Assembly: GCF_006345805.1 (NCBI RefSeq)
Contig: NC_043002.1
Span: 75,578,001 to 75,642,000 of the forward strand
Reading direction: 5' to 3'
Length of the DNA: 64,000 nucleotides
Origin: Octopus sinensis
Taxonomy: Eukaryota
Shown here: positions 52,046 through 64,000 of the stretch, in pieces
Layout of the letters: each line of letters begins with the position of its first letter
Position numbering within the stretch: position 1 is the stretch's first letter
The notes under the pieces: model-generated
The model's input: the letters and a program-made list of their open reading frames with translations, nothing else
What the model was told of the DNA's origin: nothing
Database searches by the model: none
Made by a program: the position numbers and the translations under genes

Positions 52046-52999
52046 TTATCATTATAATAATAATAATAATAATAATAATAGTAGTAGTAGTAGTAACAAG
52101 CCTAGATTAGATATTAACCTTTTTGATACTTAAGCTCCCAAGATCACTTTTGGTTTCAGAGATACACAACCACTCATTTTAAGGTATTTGTTCATATTTA
52201 AATTAAAATGTCACATCTTAATTTTGAAGATTGTTCTTAAACCATATTTCAAATGAAACACACTGGAATAATGGAGAAATTAACTATTTTTTTTTTACTG
52301 TATGTCTCCATGTTCTTAATTAGTTACAGAATTAATTTAATCAGATAAAAATAACGTACCATTGAAGCACATCAACAATTTAGTTTTCATTCCCTGTTAG
52401 TTCACAAGTGCTGTTAATAGTCTTGGAAGAAGCATGAACATCACAAAATCTCACATCTATGAATGTTTAAGCACAGACATGACTTGTGTGATTAAGAAAC
52501 TTCCTTCCTAACCATATGATGTCAGGTTCAATTCCATTGTGTGGCACCTTGCGCAAGAGTATCCTGTTATAGCCTTGGGCTGATCAAAGTCTTGTGAGTG
52601 GATTTGGTAGAAAGAAACTGGCAGAAGCCCAGTGTGTGTGTGTAATTTTGTCTTGGCATCATGTGAGGGTTGTAAATGTGCCTCATCATCATACAGGTTA
52701 TGTTGTTTGTTTCCAGTTTTCTGTGAAAATCATGTCTAGACCTGGAAACAGGTCAGGGTTGACAACAAGATGTGCATCTAACTGTAGTAAAGTCTACCTC
52801 ACCAAATTCCACCTGACCCATGCAAACATGGAAATGTTGAAATTAAATTATGATGATGACGGTGTTGTTCATTATTTGCTGAATTAACTTGTGGTTTTGT
52901 TACATGTGTATGAGTCTGCATAAAATGACTGTTAAATGATTGTGATGGCAGTATTGATGATGATGACAGCGATGGCGGCGATGATGACAACGACGATAT

Positions 53000-53430
53000 A
53001 GGTTAGTGGTTAGAGTGTTATGTTCATGATCATAAAGTTTTGAGTTTAATTCCTGGATCAGATAGTGTGTTGTTTCCTTGAGCAAGGCACTTTATTTCAC
53101 GTTGCTCCAGCCTATGAAACTAAAAATAAGTACCAGCTGAAGAGTGCTGGTGCAGCTCTGTCTCATATCAATGGTTATTGTTATCATCATCATCATCATT
53201 ATCATCAACATCTAATACCCATTTTCCATGCTGGCAGGGGCTGGACAGCCTGACAGGAACTGGCAAGGCCAGGGGCCACACTTAGTTCTATTGACTGTTT
53301 CTGATTGGTTTCTCTGGGTGGATGCCCTTCCTAATGCCAACCACTTTACAAAGTGTACCAGGTGCTTTTTACATGGCACCAGTTCTTTATACATACCCCC
53401 AGTACCCACACCAATGCTTTTTATGTGGCA
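53000..53430 (+). mobile_element. Family C fragment followed by family D repeat
   Basis: tccttgagcaaggcactttatttcacgttgctccag, then ttttccatgctggc...ggatgcccttcctaatgccaacc. Confidence 0.7.
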
Positions 53431-55932
53431 CCTTCATTTTGGAATCTCAGTTCTATTGTGGTGGACAAGTCTCTCGTGTATAGCAGTACGCAACATATCT
53501 TGATCCTCTGTCATCTCTTTCGTATGGTTCAACATTTTGAGATCACCTCCTAGATATTCTGTTAGATCAAGAGTGAGAGGGCTAAGAAGGTGTCTCTATG
53601 TCTACTCATTACTACATAGGCCCTTAAAACAATTAACAAAGGCAAAGTATATGTTATCAAGTTGTACTCTCTTGTGAGTGACAGCTATGCTTTTTCTTCA
53701 ATCTAATTACGAAACAGCTTTTCTTTTAAAAGCATGGCTGTGCTTCTGATTATTATTTTTCTTTATGATTTGGGGGTTTTTCTTATTTTTATTCTGAGTT
53801 CAGTATACTCATGGCTTACGTGATGAAACTTACTTGATCGCTGGTATACCACTGGAGACTTTGTCTTCATGTAATGCACCATGATCAGATCGACTTCAAC
53901 CTCAAGCATTAACCACAAGAGAGAGGTGTTGCACTCATTATTAGCTTGCTAACAAAACACACTTGTCAGTTTTACAGTGATAATGCTGCTTACAAGGGAT
54001 GATATGTAATCCCTTGTGGTACCTGTCAGTTATGTATCTTGGTCAACACTCAGTTGGTGACAGCATGTTATAACCATTGACACTTCAGCTGGTTCAACTT
54101 CCTATTTATCAATTTGGCCTTCTGTGACTTTGAGTGCTACTCCTTAGAAGCATGATATGAGATTCTTTTAAAATATTTTTACTGTGGATTTGGTTTTTGC
54201 TGATACACACACGCACATATTTATGTATGTAATCTGTCTATAAGGATTATTGGTTAGGGTATTGTACTCATAACCATAAGCTATGGGTTAAATATATATA
54301 TATATATATATATACATACACACAAACATATACACACGTGCACACACACACACAGAGTCTGCCAAGAAAATGTATACACTTTCCAGGAAAGGAAAAGATC
54401 TTTATAAATGTTTGACTCGGTATAAGTACCGCTGTAAATATAAATACTTCTTTTGATGTTTCATCAGATTGCAATAACATTGAATAAAAATATTTATACA
54501 GATTTTTCCTTTCCTGAAGTGTGAGTATATACATCCTTTTGGCGGACACATGAGTGTGTATTAAAGGCTTAGTTGGGTGGTTAAGATGTTCGCTTCACAA
54601 ACATGTGGTTTCAGGTTCAGCCCCACTGTGCAGTATCTTGGGCAATTTTGATCGTTTTTGGTTGATGGAAACTGAAGGAAGCCTGTTGTGTGTGTGTGTG
54701 TAAATGTTGATGTCCCATGGCTTCACTTAAGTGGAATGGTGAAATGATGTTTACATTTCTTGTTGCTTTGCACTTTCAAAGACATATGGATATGGAATAA
54801 AACAGTGTTTTCTTGAAAAACAATTAAAGGTTAGTAGCTAGAAAGCACCCAAACATAAAATTCTGCTTCAGATATGCACCTCCTTGTGATCCAACCCATG
54901 CTAGCATGGAAAAACGGACGTTAACAAATGAATATATTATATATATATTCCTTAAAGAAAACACTTGTGCATTTCAGGCCTAATTTTCTGTTTCTAGTTA
55001 TTGCTAAATTAGAAATAAATGAAGTTTTAAGCCAAACTTGAATGTTTACTGAAGCATGGCTCATTTTCTTGAGATATTCAGATTAAATTTTAGTGTTTAA
55101 TTAAATCTACCAAAGTCTTCTTTGTTGTCTTTGTTCCTTGTTGGTTGTTGTTGTTTCAATTTCAATTTATATTTTATTCTGAGTTTTTTTTTCCAAAATG
55201 ATATATTCCATTATTTTCAATATATTTTGTTGTAGATGTATTTGAAATGTTCAAGACACATTTATATAATACATTCATAGTTCTTGTGTGCTTGCTTGCA
55301 TATGCAGGCTTTGTAAAGAAGCATATATGCATCACATATGAATTAAACTGGACTAATATTTATGTATGTATATGCACAACACAAACACACTTGCACATAT
55401 ACACACACATACACATACATACAGCTTCATGCACACATGTGTCTGAAGTGGGGAGAAAGAGGAGATGAACAATTTAATAGTAATTAGAAAATTTATTAAT
55501 ATGAAATCTATTGATCTGTTTGTTCTGGATATCAATGTATCTTAATTGATAAAATGTTTGGGCTAAGAACAGGAAGTTATTTTAGTGAAGCTGGAAATGT
55601 TCACTTGATAGTTAGAGCTGTTGGGTATGAGGTAAATCTCTTGGTTGAACACAATCTATGATCTGATTTTAATTCTCTGATCGAACTATTTCACTTCTCC
55701 ATCAATGTTAATTTTCTCAGGAAAGGCATGCATTTCATGACTTCTAATTTCTCTTCACTTTGATGTGAATTATAGAAAGCCAGGTTACATGCTGGCTGTG
55801 TAGCTTATTTGGTTTCTCATTGTTCTGAATTTAAATCCTGCTTAGTCTGTAACTACCTTTTAACTTACTGATGATGTGTGTGTGTGCATGCATACCCATA
55901 CACACACACATTTATGCATGTGTGTGTGTATA

Positions 55933-55976
<44 letters not shown>

Positions 55977-56249
55977 GTAGTAAGGTAGGTAAGGCTTGGT
56001 ACATATATTTACATAGAGCACAAAACACAGATTACTGAGTAGTGCAAACAATTATGCAATGCCTTATCTCAACAGCTGTTTCAAGATGGCCATAATTTTA
56101 TACTTGTCATATTCATAAGTAATATGTGCATGATGCCATGGATATGCACCCAGCAACAAGTCCAGATAAAGTTGTTAGAGTTAGGCCTCCTTTTCAAGGG
56201 TAGTGTGTGTATGTGTATATACAAACATACATACATGTGTGTGTGTGTA

Positions 56250-56305
<56 letters not shown>

Positions 56306-58612
56306 TACACATAAACGTGTGTGCATGCATATTTACATCCCACGAAGACATTAGCTTACATAGAACATTGGCTTGGATTACATTTAATTGTATGATTAGT
56401 ATTCTAGACTTAATTATGTGGCCTGGTCTCTTGAAGACTTGAAGGCTTAAAATACTTGCCCCCTATTTTAAAAGTGCGTTTGTTAAAAGAATTTCATCTA
56501 GTCGAATGAGGAACTGAATTACTTTAAAACTTCCACTTTGGAAGTTTTAATGTAATTTGTCCATCACATTCAATTTGTGATGGACATATTAAGTAACAAT
56601 TATTTGTTACCATGAAGAAAATGTTAAAAAAAAAAAGATGATAATTGAAACAACATTTTTTTTTTTACTACTGCAACTATGCTTATTGTAATATTGTACT
56701 GTCAACAACTTAAAATGAAGGCTGTGTGAAAGATAAGAAAGTAATATCAAATTATTTCACTATAGATGTATCTCCTCTCATTATAGAGTAAATGTCAAAA
56801 ACTGTCTTTAGCTGTCAGCTGTTTTCTTAGATACGATGAAAAGATATATAACAATATCTGAAAAGTCTGATTTTCATGTCCTTCACTTGAATAATAATAT
56901 ATTATTAGCATCAACATCTATTTGACTGAATTAGTAAAAACGGAAGACGAAAAACAAAAAGAAAAAAAAAACATGAAAATAACCAACAACTAAACATCAC
57001 ATAATCTCTGAAACATTATTAGCAATCTGTTAATGAAGGCACTTGTTAAAATCCATTAGACCTACTAAGTGATATGTCAGGATAATCTACTGTATAGTTT
57101 ATCAAGAGCTGAAAAGCTATTATGTAAAGTATTTTTAATGAGTTGTAAGTAATGATTTGCAAATAAGCCAACAGAAGTTCACACTGGCAGATAGAAAACC
57201 AGTTCATCATAGAATTTCGTTGCTAATTTAAACAGCTTCCTCCAAAGTAGCACAAAGTTGTCTCTTTAGATTTTCTTTCTTAAGCTGATTCATCACAAGA
57301 ATCAAATGCTTATTGATAACTCATGAGCTTATACATTGAGATACAAGGTGTCATTAAGTTCTGGAGTTCTGTAGTTGTATTTAAACTCGTTGCACTTTCA
57401 GCTATATTGTTGCACTACTACAGCTTTCATGCAGTCTCTTATCATGGATATTTGGGTTTTTTTTACACATTTCTACATATTTTTCATTAGTATTTGATTG
57501 ATAATATATTTTGCTTCTTTAATTTTATCATACATTGCTCTGACAATCTGAATGGACAACAAATGCCTAATTGATACTCTTAACCCTCTAACTGGTCTCA
57601 TTCATTGCACTATGGACATGCTGTGACACTGACTTAATTTCTTTCAAAAATTTTAACGAAAGATTATACATTTAGCTTAAGCGATGGTGCATCTTAGACA
57701 TGCAATGTCTTTGTGATTTGATCAACTGGGTGCCTATCTATCTTTGGCTAGAAGAGACAGTAGGTGGCTAATTACTCCTCTGTTACAGGATTCTTCTGGT
57801 AAGAAGAAGAAGAAATGAATAAGTCTGTCATGATAGCTTACCCCGATGGGGCAACAGCAATCTATCTGCTGTTATTGGTTGACTGTCTGTCTGTTACAGT
57901 CATATGACTGGATGCACAAGGCACAGTGTGTACTGCACTTTGCAACTAAGTTTTGTTTGTATTCAATTAGAAGCTAATCAAATACATCCGGTTTCATGTT
58001 TTTATTTCATTTTTTTAATTGAAAAATTTATAATTATTTTGTGTTCAATTATTTTCCCTGAATTTAATTTCAGAAATCTCTTGATGCCTGGTATTTTCCC
58101 CTAATTTTTATCACTGACACATCACTTAAAAACTGTGTTTTAAGCCTTGTCATGTTACACAACAGTGATGGTTGTTAATTCATGATGAGGGTTTCTTGCA
58201 GCTTGTAGGTCTTGTACATTTTTCTTTTAATTATTTCTCTGTAATGCCCATCTATGAGGAAGACACTGCAAGTGATAGGTGTATCAGCACTTTGTTATTA
58301 AAGATAGTGGCTTGATAGAATCAACAGAACAGTATCAAAATGCCTTGTAGTGCTTACATCTCATTGTCCTGAGATCAAGTCCTGCTAAGGTTCACTTTAC
58401 CATTCATCCTTCTGTAGTCAGTGAAATAAATACACAATCAAGTACTGGGGCAAATCTCTGATAGGAAGTATATTTAACTCTTACTCCAAGGAAACCCAGT
58501 ATACTTGGTACTGTACATGGGCACTTGAGACATGAGAACTTGTTTTTGCTTGTAGGGTACTTTCCAGAATTCTCCACATTTCATATGATGTAGTACATAC
58601 ATTTTGTTTTTA

Positions 58613-58823
58613 CTACTCTTTACTCTTTTACTCTTTACAGTCATTTGACTGCAGCCATGCTGGAGCACCACCTTTAGTCGAGCAAATCGACCCTGGGACT
58701 TATTCTTTGTAAGCCCAGTACTTATTCTATCGGTCTCTTTTGCCGAACCGCTAAGTGACGGGGACGTAAACACACCAGCATCGGTTGTCAAGCAATGCTA
58801 GGGAGACAAACACAGACACACAA

Positions 58824-58854
<31 letters not shown>

Positions 58855-59014
58855 CATATATACGACAGGCTTCTTTCAGTTTCCGTCTACCAAATCCACT
58901 CACAAGGTATTGGTCGGCCCGGGGTTATAGCAGAAGACACTTGCCCAAGATGCCATGCAGTGGGACTGAACCCGGAACCATGTGGTTGGTTAGCAAGCTA
59001 CTTACCACACAGCC
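58613..59014 (-). mobile_element. Family A SINE, full length, young
   Basis: CpG-rich (gtcgagcaaatcgacc, gccgaaccgc, gacggggacg); tail (tactcttt)n. Confidence 0.93.
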
Positions 59015-59299
59015 TTTATCTGCATGTTAGTGCACAAAACTTTAATGAACACACTGAGGGTTAAAGACATTACTTTTTTTTTTTTATTGTTTTGCTAATA
59101 AATCATTTAGTTCATGATGCTACTGTGCTCTTTAGCTACAATTTCTCTTTCAATAGATTTTAATAAGAACTATTATTTGCCTACAAAATAGATATTGTCA
59201 TCTAGGGAGACTTTAGCTAATGTGTTGAAGCATACCAACATCTACAAATGAAGATATATGTATATCAGTATATGTGTGTGTAGAATGTTTTTGTACACA

Positions 59300-59454
59300 T
59301 AACACACACACACACTCTCTCAAACTTTCTCTCTCTCTCTCTCTCCCTCCTTCTCAAACTCTCTATCTCTTTCACAAACTCTCTCCCTCCCTCCCTCTCA
59401 AACTCTCTATCTCTCTCTCTCTCTCACAAACTCTCTTCTTCCCTCCCTCTCAAA

Positions 59455-59487
<33 letters not shown>

Positions 59488-59490
59488 TCA
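59300..59490. repeat. (CT)n punctuated by periodic caaact units
   Basis: caaact recurs about every 20-30 bp within CT repeats. Confidence 0.8.
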
Positions 59491-62400
59491 TACACATGTT
59501 CACATGCACTTGTTCTATACAGTATTAAGCAGAAGAGCCAAAATATTTACACTTAAATCTATCTATCTGTGTGTGTGTGTTTTTCTGCTTTGAATTCTGC
59601 CTTGTACAAAGTTTTCAGATGTAAAAGCACGTTTCATTGTTCAGATGTTGTCATAGATTTAAGTTATAAAACCCTTAATACAAATCTTCACCCTCTTTGA
59701 CATGTGTTGAGTGCACTTCTCTATGGGTTGTACTCCTCCCTATGTATATGTTTTCTCTGTCTGTCTGACTCTCACACTCGCACACACCTGCCTTTTATTA
59801 ATTGTTGTACTGGCTTCAGTCATTGGTCTACAGCTAAAGATTTTAGTCCTTTATATCAACCCCAGTGCATAGCCTTAACCCTTTGCCTGTCCATAGCATT
59901 TTTATCAGTTTGTCCTAAGGATCCATGCTTGCTTTCAAACTTTTAGTTAGCTTTTGTTTCATATGTCCTGAGTAATACGAAGCTTTCCATTCACAAATTC
60001 ACTCAAGTGGTTGAAAACAACTGGGAATGTATATCATATCCAATGTATTAACACCAGGGAAATATGTCCTGTGAGTCATGTGATTATACAGGACAGGCAA
60101 ATGGTTAACAAACAAAAGGTAATTTTGATCTCAGCATAAAAGGACATAACTAGTATGGAACTATGTGGTTGTCTGCTGAATAGTCATGCAACTTTGTTGA
60201 CCATACATCTTTAACGTTTTTGTTACCGTATTTCTGTCAGAGTACATGATCTTTCTTTCAATATATTTTGAAAATAATGAAGAATTTGATGGAATAACAA
60301 ATGAAATTTCGATGGGAGGTTTAAATTTAGATGTCATTAAAACAATGAATTTGAATTATAGGACAAGGGGCACTCACAGGTAGATTGGTATAGGAAGGAT
60401 TAACCTGACCACTTTATGACGATGTCGAGTGTATGTTTATGTGTGTGAGTGCTTGTGTAATATATTTTCTGAAATGAGATGGAAATGAAAATGTAATCAT
60501 AGGTAGAATTAATTTTTTTTTTTGTTATATCTCATATTTCAATGTATATGTGTTTATATACACAAGTAGATACATACACATTCATATTTACATCTATCGA
60601 TCTATCTATTTAGACGTACATACCATGCAAATACATACACACACACACCCTGAATATATTTCATAAATTGCAAGATACATTATGCAGAACAAAGGAAAAT
60701 TAATATATGGCATGGTTGGGTAAGGGTGGGTATAGAAATATAAACGAAATTAAACAGCAGCAGCAACAACAACATGTTTCTGTGGTAATTCTGATTAATT
60801 TGTCTGGATTTCACTAAAAGTTTTCTTTGTCTACATTATCATTGTCATCATCATCATCATCATCATCAGCATCATCATCATTATCATCATCATCATCACC
60901 ATCATCATCGTTATTTGTATTATTGTTGTATGTAATAATTATTTCTCTTTCTGGATTAACATGTTACTATGGTTTTTGATGAGATTTATTCTATACTGAA
61001 TGTCTGCAATCTTTATGTGTATGTGTGTATAATATATATATACACACACACATACATATATGTAAGATATATATGTATGGCTTTTGTGAGATATAGGGAT
61101 ATTCATGTTATCAACTGTTTCCTGAGTTTCACTGATATTGCTACTCAACACAACTTACCAGGACAAAAGAGGTGTGCCTTCATGAGTTTGTCTCAGTCAT
61201 TTAGCCTCTGCTAATGTTTGCAGAATGAGTGAGAGATATCTGTATGGCGCCGGTGACTGTGATAAGAAGATGATTTTGGTAGTGTTGGCAGTGGTGGTGT
61301 CGGTGGTAATGCTTGTGGGGAACACTTGCTATCATCGTTCATGCAAGAATTGAGAATCGAGAATCAGTCTGCAATTTCAGCCTGCTAAGTGGCTCTTTAT
61401 TTTAATGAGCCAATGGTTATTATTCAGTGGTGGTGGTGGTGGTGGTGGCGGTGAAGACGGAGGTGCATTTGGCACCATTATTACCGTTGTTATTGGAAAA
61501 ACTAAGTGGTCAGGAGTTCAGATGGAATCTTCATATGAGAGAGAATGACAGCATGTGGGGGACAGTTGTATTGATAAGAAGACAACCGATGGGTTTTGCT
61601 GAACAAACAGTAGCCGAAGGGGCATCTGGAATTGTAATACGTGCTTGCTGCCACTTGGTGTATGGAAGTAATTGCACTGCCTCTCCTCCTCGTCAAGTGT
61701 TTCTTTTGTGTTAATCATTTCATTAAGTTCTGCTTTATACTTTTATCCTTAAAACTAGGCGGCCGCCCATTATTGGAAATCCTCTAGATCTGTGGCAGTC
61801 TCATTTCATTGAACATTAAGCGAAGCACCCTTCTGCTGCTACAGAGAATCTCTGTAGCCACTTAGAATTGCCTTTAGATGTTTCTTGAAAAACACATCAC
61901 ATCTGCTACATGAACCAAGTAGATGCATGTGTCAGTGAGTGCATGTGTGTGTGTGTATGCTTGCACTAGTGCATGTGTTTGTGTAAGCATGCGTGTGTAT
62001 ACTTGTGTGTGTCTTCTTACATTTATGTGTGTGCATTTGTGTGTACAAGCATGCTTGCAGTTGCATGTGTGTGCAAGCTCCTGCATTAATATGTGCATGC
62101 GTGTGCATGTGTGTGTGTGTGTGTGTGTATCTGTTTGTCTATGTGTACACATGTGGTGAGTGTCATTGAGTAGGAAGCGAACTTCTGGGAAACTGAATTT
62201 GCAGCCTAGTTTCATTTCCCAGTTGCAGTTCTTTCACTTCATTTCCAGCTACCTGTGAACTTTGGTGAGGGGCATGAATATCTCTGTTCATTCTAGCTTC
62301 CTTCTCTTCTGAAGTCAATACAGGTGAACCAGTGCTAAATATTTCTGATTGCAAAAGGTCAAGCACTTCAATAAGAAATATCTATGTGGATTTTCATATG

Positions 62401-62659
62401 CAATGTCATTGTTTATGGAACATTTGCTTCAGTTATTCATAGCAGCACTAGTAGTAGCAGTGGCAGTAGTGGTGGGAGTAGTAGTAATTGTATTGGTTGT
62501 AGTGTAGGTAGTAATGCCATTAGTAGCAGTGGTATGAGTAGTAGCCATAGTGGTAGTTTTGGTGATGGTTTTAGTTGTAAGTGGTTGTGATGGTGGTGAC
62601 AGTATTATTAGTGGTAGTGATGGTTTCAATAGTAGCAGTAGTGATAGTGGTAGCATTAG

Positions 62660-62900
62660 TGATTATAATATTTATTTCTTTATTGCCCACGGAGGGCTGA
62701 ACATAGAGGGAATAAACAAGGACAAAGAGATTAAGTTCATTACATTGACACCAGTGCATAACTGGTACTTATTTGATCAACCCCAAAAGGATGAAAGGCA
62801 ATGTCGACCTCGGCAGAATTTGAACTCAGAGCGTAATGGCAGATGAAATACCGCTAAGCATTTTGCCTGGCAAACGATTCTGCCAGCTCACCACCCTAGT
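62660..62900 (-). mobile_element. Family B SINE
   Basis: ggatgaaaggcaatgtcgacctcggcagaatttgaactcag...ttctgccagctcaccacc; 3' end shared with the 15805 subfamily. Confidence 0.88.
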
Positions 62901-63129
62901 GATTATAATATTGGATTTAGTTGTGTTGTTATTTAGCCCTTGGTTAAATCCTGACCTAGCAAACCTGCTCTGAAAGGTGTTCCAACCATGACCATCCTCT
63001 TTTATATCATAGATACACTGCATCCAACACTATATTTCTAGTGTGTGACCTTCCTTTTTGAAGACAGTGAATTGTGATTTAATGATAGTTCTACTGCTAT
63101 TTCTAGCAGGCTAGATGGCTGCATAAAGG

Positions 63130-63630
63130 CTTACTCATTGATGCATGTTTCATTTATGGTGACAGAGAATGATGTTGGTATTGACGTTAGTTGTAGTAGG
63201 GTTAGCGCTGATTCTGATGGTTGTAGAGGTGTTAGTTGTATCTGCAATGGCTGTTGTTATGGCAGTAGGCATGCTAATTGTTTTTGTTGTTGTGAAAGTA
63301 GTTGTGATTGTTCTGTTAGGAATAGTATTATTTGTGGTACTGATTGTGATAGCTGTGCTTGTTGTGACAACAGTTCTACTTGTGGTACTGTGTAATTGTG
63401 ATAGTAGTGGTGTTGGTTGGTGTTAGCATTGGTCATTGTGGTAGTACAAATAATGTTTGTATTAGTTATGTTACAGTTATGTTACAATGGTGCTAATTGT
63501 GTTGATTGTGTTAGTAGTGGCATTGGTCATAGTAGTGTTGGTTGTATGATAGCTGTGGTAGTCATGGTGCTAGTTGTATTAGTCATTGTAGTATCTGTTG
63601 TGGTAGGAATGCTGCTGTCTGTTACTTCTT
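63130..63630. repeat. Highly degenerate (GTA/GTT/GTG)n repeat
   Basis: Direct reading; explains Val-rich ORFs. Confidence 0.8.
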
Positions 63631-64000
63631 GAAAAGTATTGTGTCTCTACTTGTGAGTTGTTGTTGTCTATAACAACGTTTTGAGCAGACACCTTTAAGG
63701 TACTTTAGTAGATTAAATAAAGCAAAGGAGCTAAAGTCTATTCAATTAGTTGTAGATTATTTTAAGTGCCTTAATGTTCCTGGAAAGACGAGGAACAAAA
63801 TGTCAGTTCTAACAGGATTTTAAAATCAGGAATCATCAACATCAGCATCATTGTCATTACTACCATCACTGTAAGATTTAGCCCTATCACCCGCCTTTAA
63901 CTCAACTTGTCCCAGCCATCTTTTCCCTTCTTTTCACCCTTATAGTGTTTTACCGCCCCCTCCTGCACAAAAATATTTTTCTTACCAATCCTTCTTCCAC

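Noticed and set aside
56524-56550. Perfect 11-bp hairpin ttaaaacttcc/ggaagttttaa
   Set aside because: AT-rich and isolated; too short to support a function.

Overview
AT-rich, CpG-poor eukaryotic non-coding DNA, probably intronic or intergenic. It is saturated with microsatellites and tRNA-derived SINEs of the kind I recognise from octopus genomes (the species assignment is inference). Almost every ORF in the supplied track is a microsatellite or SINE artefact. Recognisable protein-coding remnants are one CR1 LINE and three RTE LINE fragments. Several short exon candidates occur on both strands, but I could not name a gene. The standout is a 1.57-kb block at 39811-41376 set in (TA)n. It holds (i) a 547-bp partial tandem repeat with a type I hammerhead ribozyme at 40430-40507 plus a core-truncated second copy, and (ii) a near-perfect 282/283-bp-arm palindrome with a different type I hammerhead on each strand (41256-41346 +, 40821-40911 -). 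A further minimal, decayed hammerhead lies at 19027-19061. The architecture fits Penelope-like pLTRs or non-LTR retrozymes. An assembly fold-back artefact cannot be excluded for the palindrome. TE boundaries were read by eye and are approximate (about 10-20 bp).
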